Source of the DNA: Candidatus Neptunichlamydia sp.
Lineage (GTDB): Bacteria; Chlamydiota; Chlamydiia; Chlamydiales; Simkaniaceae
Length of the DNA: 64,000 nt
Direction: 5' to 3'
NCBI GenBank assembly: GCA_965233865.1
Contig: OZ247587.1
Location: forward strand, 416,001-480,000
Shown: in pieces, positions 61,801 to 64,000 of the stretch
Position numbering within the stretch: position 1 is the first letter of the stretch
Layout: every line of letters starts with the position of its first letter
The notes under the pieces: generated by a model
Told to the model about the DNA's origin: nothing
What the model saw: only the letters and a program-made list of their open reading frames with translations
Databases searched by the model: none
Position numbers and translations under genes: made by a program

Positions 61801-62656
61801 GAGAATCTAGAACAAGTTTTCCATTTTTATAGGTCGGATTAAAATCTACAAAAAGGCGAGGTGAGCGCACGCTTACCTCAACCTTTAACTCTTCTGCAAC
61901 AGGAGTTGATTTTAGGTTCGCATTTACAGTATCACCAAGTGTTGCAAGAAGAAGACCTTGATATTTAGGTGCAAAGATAGAAATAACTTGGTCTAGACCC
62001 TCGACAGGAACATTATCAAGCGTTGCCGTTCCCTCCAACGAGGCATTCCAACTCCCTTGGGCAAAAAAAGTTCCTACGAGCTCATTTTTTCTTATTTTCC
62101 CCTCGAATAAAAATGAGTTAGCCTCTCTAATATCAAGATCTACTTTTATCCCATAAATGGATATGGAGGTGTTTCCTCCATTTTCAATTGAGATTTTTCC
62201 ATTTGAGAGCGTGAAGTGGCCGCTAAAGTCAGACCAGAACGTTCCTTTGGTTTTTTCAATGGCCTTCCCAGACTTTTTGAGGGTAGCGACCTTTTTTTGA
62301 GATACTTTGGGGTAGGCTGAAATATTAAGGTTTTCAATGTGCGTATTACCGATACTTCCATTCCGAAAAAGGAGATTCGAAAAAGAACAGCCGCTGGTGA
62401 GAGAATCAAACGTAACTTCGAATCCTTTCCCCTCATTAAACTGAAGTTTGTCAATCTGTTGTTCACTCGTCCAACTAAGCGAAAGGTCTTGAATTTTGAG
62501 CTGACCGCCCGTACTTCTCTCAACTATTTTGATCAGAAAGTTTGTCCCAGCTTCGGAGGATAAGATTGTAGGAAGGAATGTTACAATTAGAGCAACTCCT
62601 CCTAAAATAGCTACGACTGCCCACACCCACTTTTTTATTTTAAGGTTAAAGGTCAT
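58802..62656 (-). CDS. Large N-anchored beta-rich envelope protein (AsmA/TamB-like)
   Basis: 1284 aa, single N-terminal TM, amphipathic beta-strand pattern throughout. Confidence 0.6.
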   Translation of the reverse strand: MTFNLKIKKWVWAVVAILGGVALIVTFLPTILSSEAGTNFLIKIVERSTGGQLKIQDLSLSWTSEQQIDKLQFNEGKGFEVTFDSLTSGCSFSNLLFRNGSIGNTHIENLNISAYPKVSQKKVATLKKSGKAIEKTKGTFWSDFSGHFTLSNGKISIENGGNTSISIYGIKVDLDIREANSFLFEGKIRKNELVGTFFAQGSWNASLEGTATLDNVPVEGLDQVISIFAPKYQGLLLATLGDTVNANLKSTPVAEELKVEVSVRSPRLFVDFNPTYKNGKLVLDSPGRVDLTLKPLLFNYFNENISLQNNAQTEIRLEKGSLPLTRNSFDFSEAAVVGNLYFSGGQLLLNKIQRIINIDELNAKFSTAALNKLIQMSLKSTMRYQKEAQPSVNGTLSIQNILKKASYPALDLSINDLPLSLIDSFLSSSLAVYLGDTYSGKIAKNQSSITLNGKTPLLNLQNTSLILSEVAQLTKPSTFTYVVTPNLYKNLTGFFKVQGELNALSIPINEEGLVFKDSDFDLNLSSGQIEISDLFALGNVNLPSLRVNLKGTSLSAFQFNGATTLDYQDQTWGYSILGKNVGVKAKGKTKVSDEFEISPFNLSLDGRKFKGDITAAIEKSTLILTKGVQIDFLLEPSQINPILSEEREYPLLTKTTPLQLEIKPSQIPLKEGGGASLSVKGVGKIANLDMVNPLNRYPFTFENVQVDFDLDGKKNAHTVHFEGSALENGSSAGKLELTLVGNGKTSELISSLSTMRASLSDFSSQIADVFFKTQGQLPDLIGPTLELKYATEKALGRQNLDIQIESRGLTLDGAFYVGETLELRSPRKPLKIRWDLSEKSYDAFRKWRNPNQQIMSNNLLFTVDDDDLGVLKMQISSFSVPLKDQSEGFPKFDFNLFGSHFDAKVRVNDLKLKQSRTGVTTVLEKFDFNIAKKRAGNNPLTFNFNGDISPDGDRKSGVIQGSGTITDFLSSAGTLDFKDVSTSIHASVKNLPSVFVDALSKFDKVSDFPPSSFLGNLFNATFDAEVEKSQGKITMDINASACRANFSGIISNEILYLQDPLKAVFTITPQLNDVLEKSAKLVVVAMEKPITLYIHDKGFNIPLKDLHIKNMSFKYGQLDLGQILCKNTGSTSEVGGLFSSENRGNVSLWFAPAGFNMNRGKMHVDRTEILYNNAYQICLWGGINFPKRYVDMTLGLTAPVLRSALGIQGIDDNYVLKVPVEGLFGNVKIDTVAATGKIAFLVARKQIAPKTGIWGQVLGAVGNLADDQSNVPPPNIPFPWQPQP

Positions 62657-63051
62657 TACATCTCTTCCTTCCTTTATTGATGGTTTTTAGACCCTTGTTT
62701 AATTTCCAGCTTTCCTCTTTCATAGAAAACAAGCTTCCTTAAAATATTCACCTTTATAAGAATAGGTGTTTTTATGTGCTGAAAGAGGTGTTGCAGAAAA
62801 TAGGAGGACAATTCTTAGTATCTTCATAATCTTGAGGGTAGCGCTCTTAAAGATTTTATTCAACCAACTAAGGGCAGAGCTAGCGCACTGAAGAAAAGGG
62901 AATATTCAAACCTACTCTCTCGATCCATATGCTCAAAAAACCTTAATCAATTCGAAATAATTCACGATTAAAACACTCTTCCTGAAGAATAACACTTGCA
63001 TTTTCAAGCAGTTTTTTTTATTAAAAAAAAAGAAATACTCACAGGTACAGT

Positions 63052-63522
63052 ATGAAAAAACAGACAGTTAATACTATTATCACACTTTCTAACTTTGGCT
63101 ATATCGCGGCTTGTATCGTTCTCTATTTAATCGCTCTTTGTATTCTTATTTCGGCTGTTTGGGGTATTGTAGCAGACATGCATTCTGGAGCCTATACTGT
63201 CTATAAGTTACTTGACGAAGTAGGTTTGATTGTCTTCTCAATGGCTGTGATCGATGTAGGTAAATACCTCATGCTAGAAGAGGTAATTCGAAAAGAAAAG
63301 AATGAATATCATCCTGCACAGACACGAAAAACCCTGACAAAGTTTGCGATTATTATTGCTTCGGCCCTTTCTTTAGAGGGTCTTGTCCTAACGATTGAAG
63401 TCGCCAAGCAAGATATCACAAAGATTCTTTACCCAGTTTGTGTGCTAATTACCGCAACAATCTTTATTATTGGGATTGGGATATATCAATTTCTGAACTC
63501 TCGCTCTGAGATGAAAAAGTAG
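63052..63522 (+). CDS. Four-TM hypothetical membrane protein (PsiE-like)
   Basis: AVIDVGKYLMLEEV, RKTLTKF..II..A.SLEGLV. Confidence 0.65.
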   Translation: MKKQTVNTIITLSNFGYIAACIVLYLIALCILISAVWGIVADMHSGAYTVYKLLDEVGLIVFSMAVIDVGKYLMLEEVIRKEKNEYHPAQTRKTLTKFAIIIASALSLEGLVLTIEVAKQDITKILYPVCVLITATIFIIGIGIYQFLNSRSEMKK

Positions 63523-63997
63523 GAGCAAAATTTTCGATAAAGTTAGCAAGCTCATCCTGAACCTTGTCATGGTGCTCTAATAGGTAAGTCATCTCCACTT
63601 TGTAGAGAATATTCCCAACAAGCACTAAGGTTCCTGCCGTCTCAGTCGTTTTACCATAATGCTCGTAGTCTAAGGCAGGAAAGGTTTTGAAAACCGTGCT
63701 TTTTTTCCCTACAAGTTGGACTTTTCCAAGTTCTTTCATTACCACTTTAAGTGCTCCGCCAAGAACCAGACTGTTTCCATATTTTAGCCACCCATCAGGT
63801 AACGTTGTATAGCTGACTGAGAAACGCTTACCTCCGTCAACATCACAAATATATTCTTTATAGGGAATGGAGTCTTCTCCTCCAGGAATTGGCAGGTCTC
63901 GAACAGTTTTCTCAGGTTTTTTTGGAAAAGATGCTGTAAAACTCTCTTCCTTAGTGGTAAAAGCAATCCATTTTTCAAATCCTAAACCTTTTTTCAC
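63467..63997 (-). CDS. Hypothetical protein, probably 5'-truncated by the window edge; paralog of 38046-38639
   Basis: WIAFTTKEESFTASFPKKP...ALDY...LYKVEM...NFIENF. Confidence 0.65.
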   Translation of the reverse strand: MKKGLGFEKWIAFTTKEESFTASFPKKPEKTVRDLPIPGGEDSIPYKEYICDVDGGKRFSVSYTTLPDGWLKYGNSLVLGGALKVVMKELGKVQLVGKKSTVFKTFPALDYEHYGKTTETAGTLVLVGNILYKVEMTYLLEHHDKVQDELANFIENFAPTFSSQSESSEIDISQSQ

Positions 63998-64000
63998 TGC

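Noticed and set aside
1..64000. rRNA, tRNA or CRISPR loci
   Set aside because: None recognised by eye; tRNAscan/Infernal were not run, so small RNAs may have been missed

Overview
The window is chromosomal DNA from a member of the Chlamydiota, probably an environmental lineage. This is inferred from the chlamydia-style Slc1/CT043 T3SS chaperone next to glgX, the dnaA-yidC pairing, a CT253-like lipoprotein and class I fbaB. Core regions (1-15.6 kb and 29.4-64 kb) carry sucB/lpdA, Fe-S genes, adk, xerD, an RND efflux operon, gatCAB, brnQ, an MFS transporter, a cysteine desulfurase, PP2C, a serpin, glgX, slc1, dnaA, a frameshifted yidC, oppBCDF, fbaB and several orphan proteins. Between tolC and gatB lies a ~13.7 kb island (15636-29357) bounded by two same-orientation, degenerate IS5-family copies. 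It holds debris of a phage/plasmid element: a truncated terminase large subunit, two DnaB-like fragments, and an IS-disrupted parA with 11-bp-periodic repeats. It also holds apparently intact cargo: (i) three tandem U-box/RING-like genes; (ii) an acidic protein with an NLS-like start; (iii) three allelic copies of a coupled two-gene cassette. In that cassette a nearly invariant 226-aa protein differs mainly in a ~20-aa hydrophobic-hairpin segment and is paired with a divergent ~101-aa membrane protein. This is the best candidate for an undescribed polymorphic toxin-immunity or allele-specific recognition system. A candidate Ile/Val/Leu-rich attenuator leader peptide precedes brnQ. All functional calls come from motif recognition by eye; no database searches were run.
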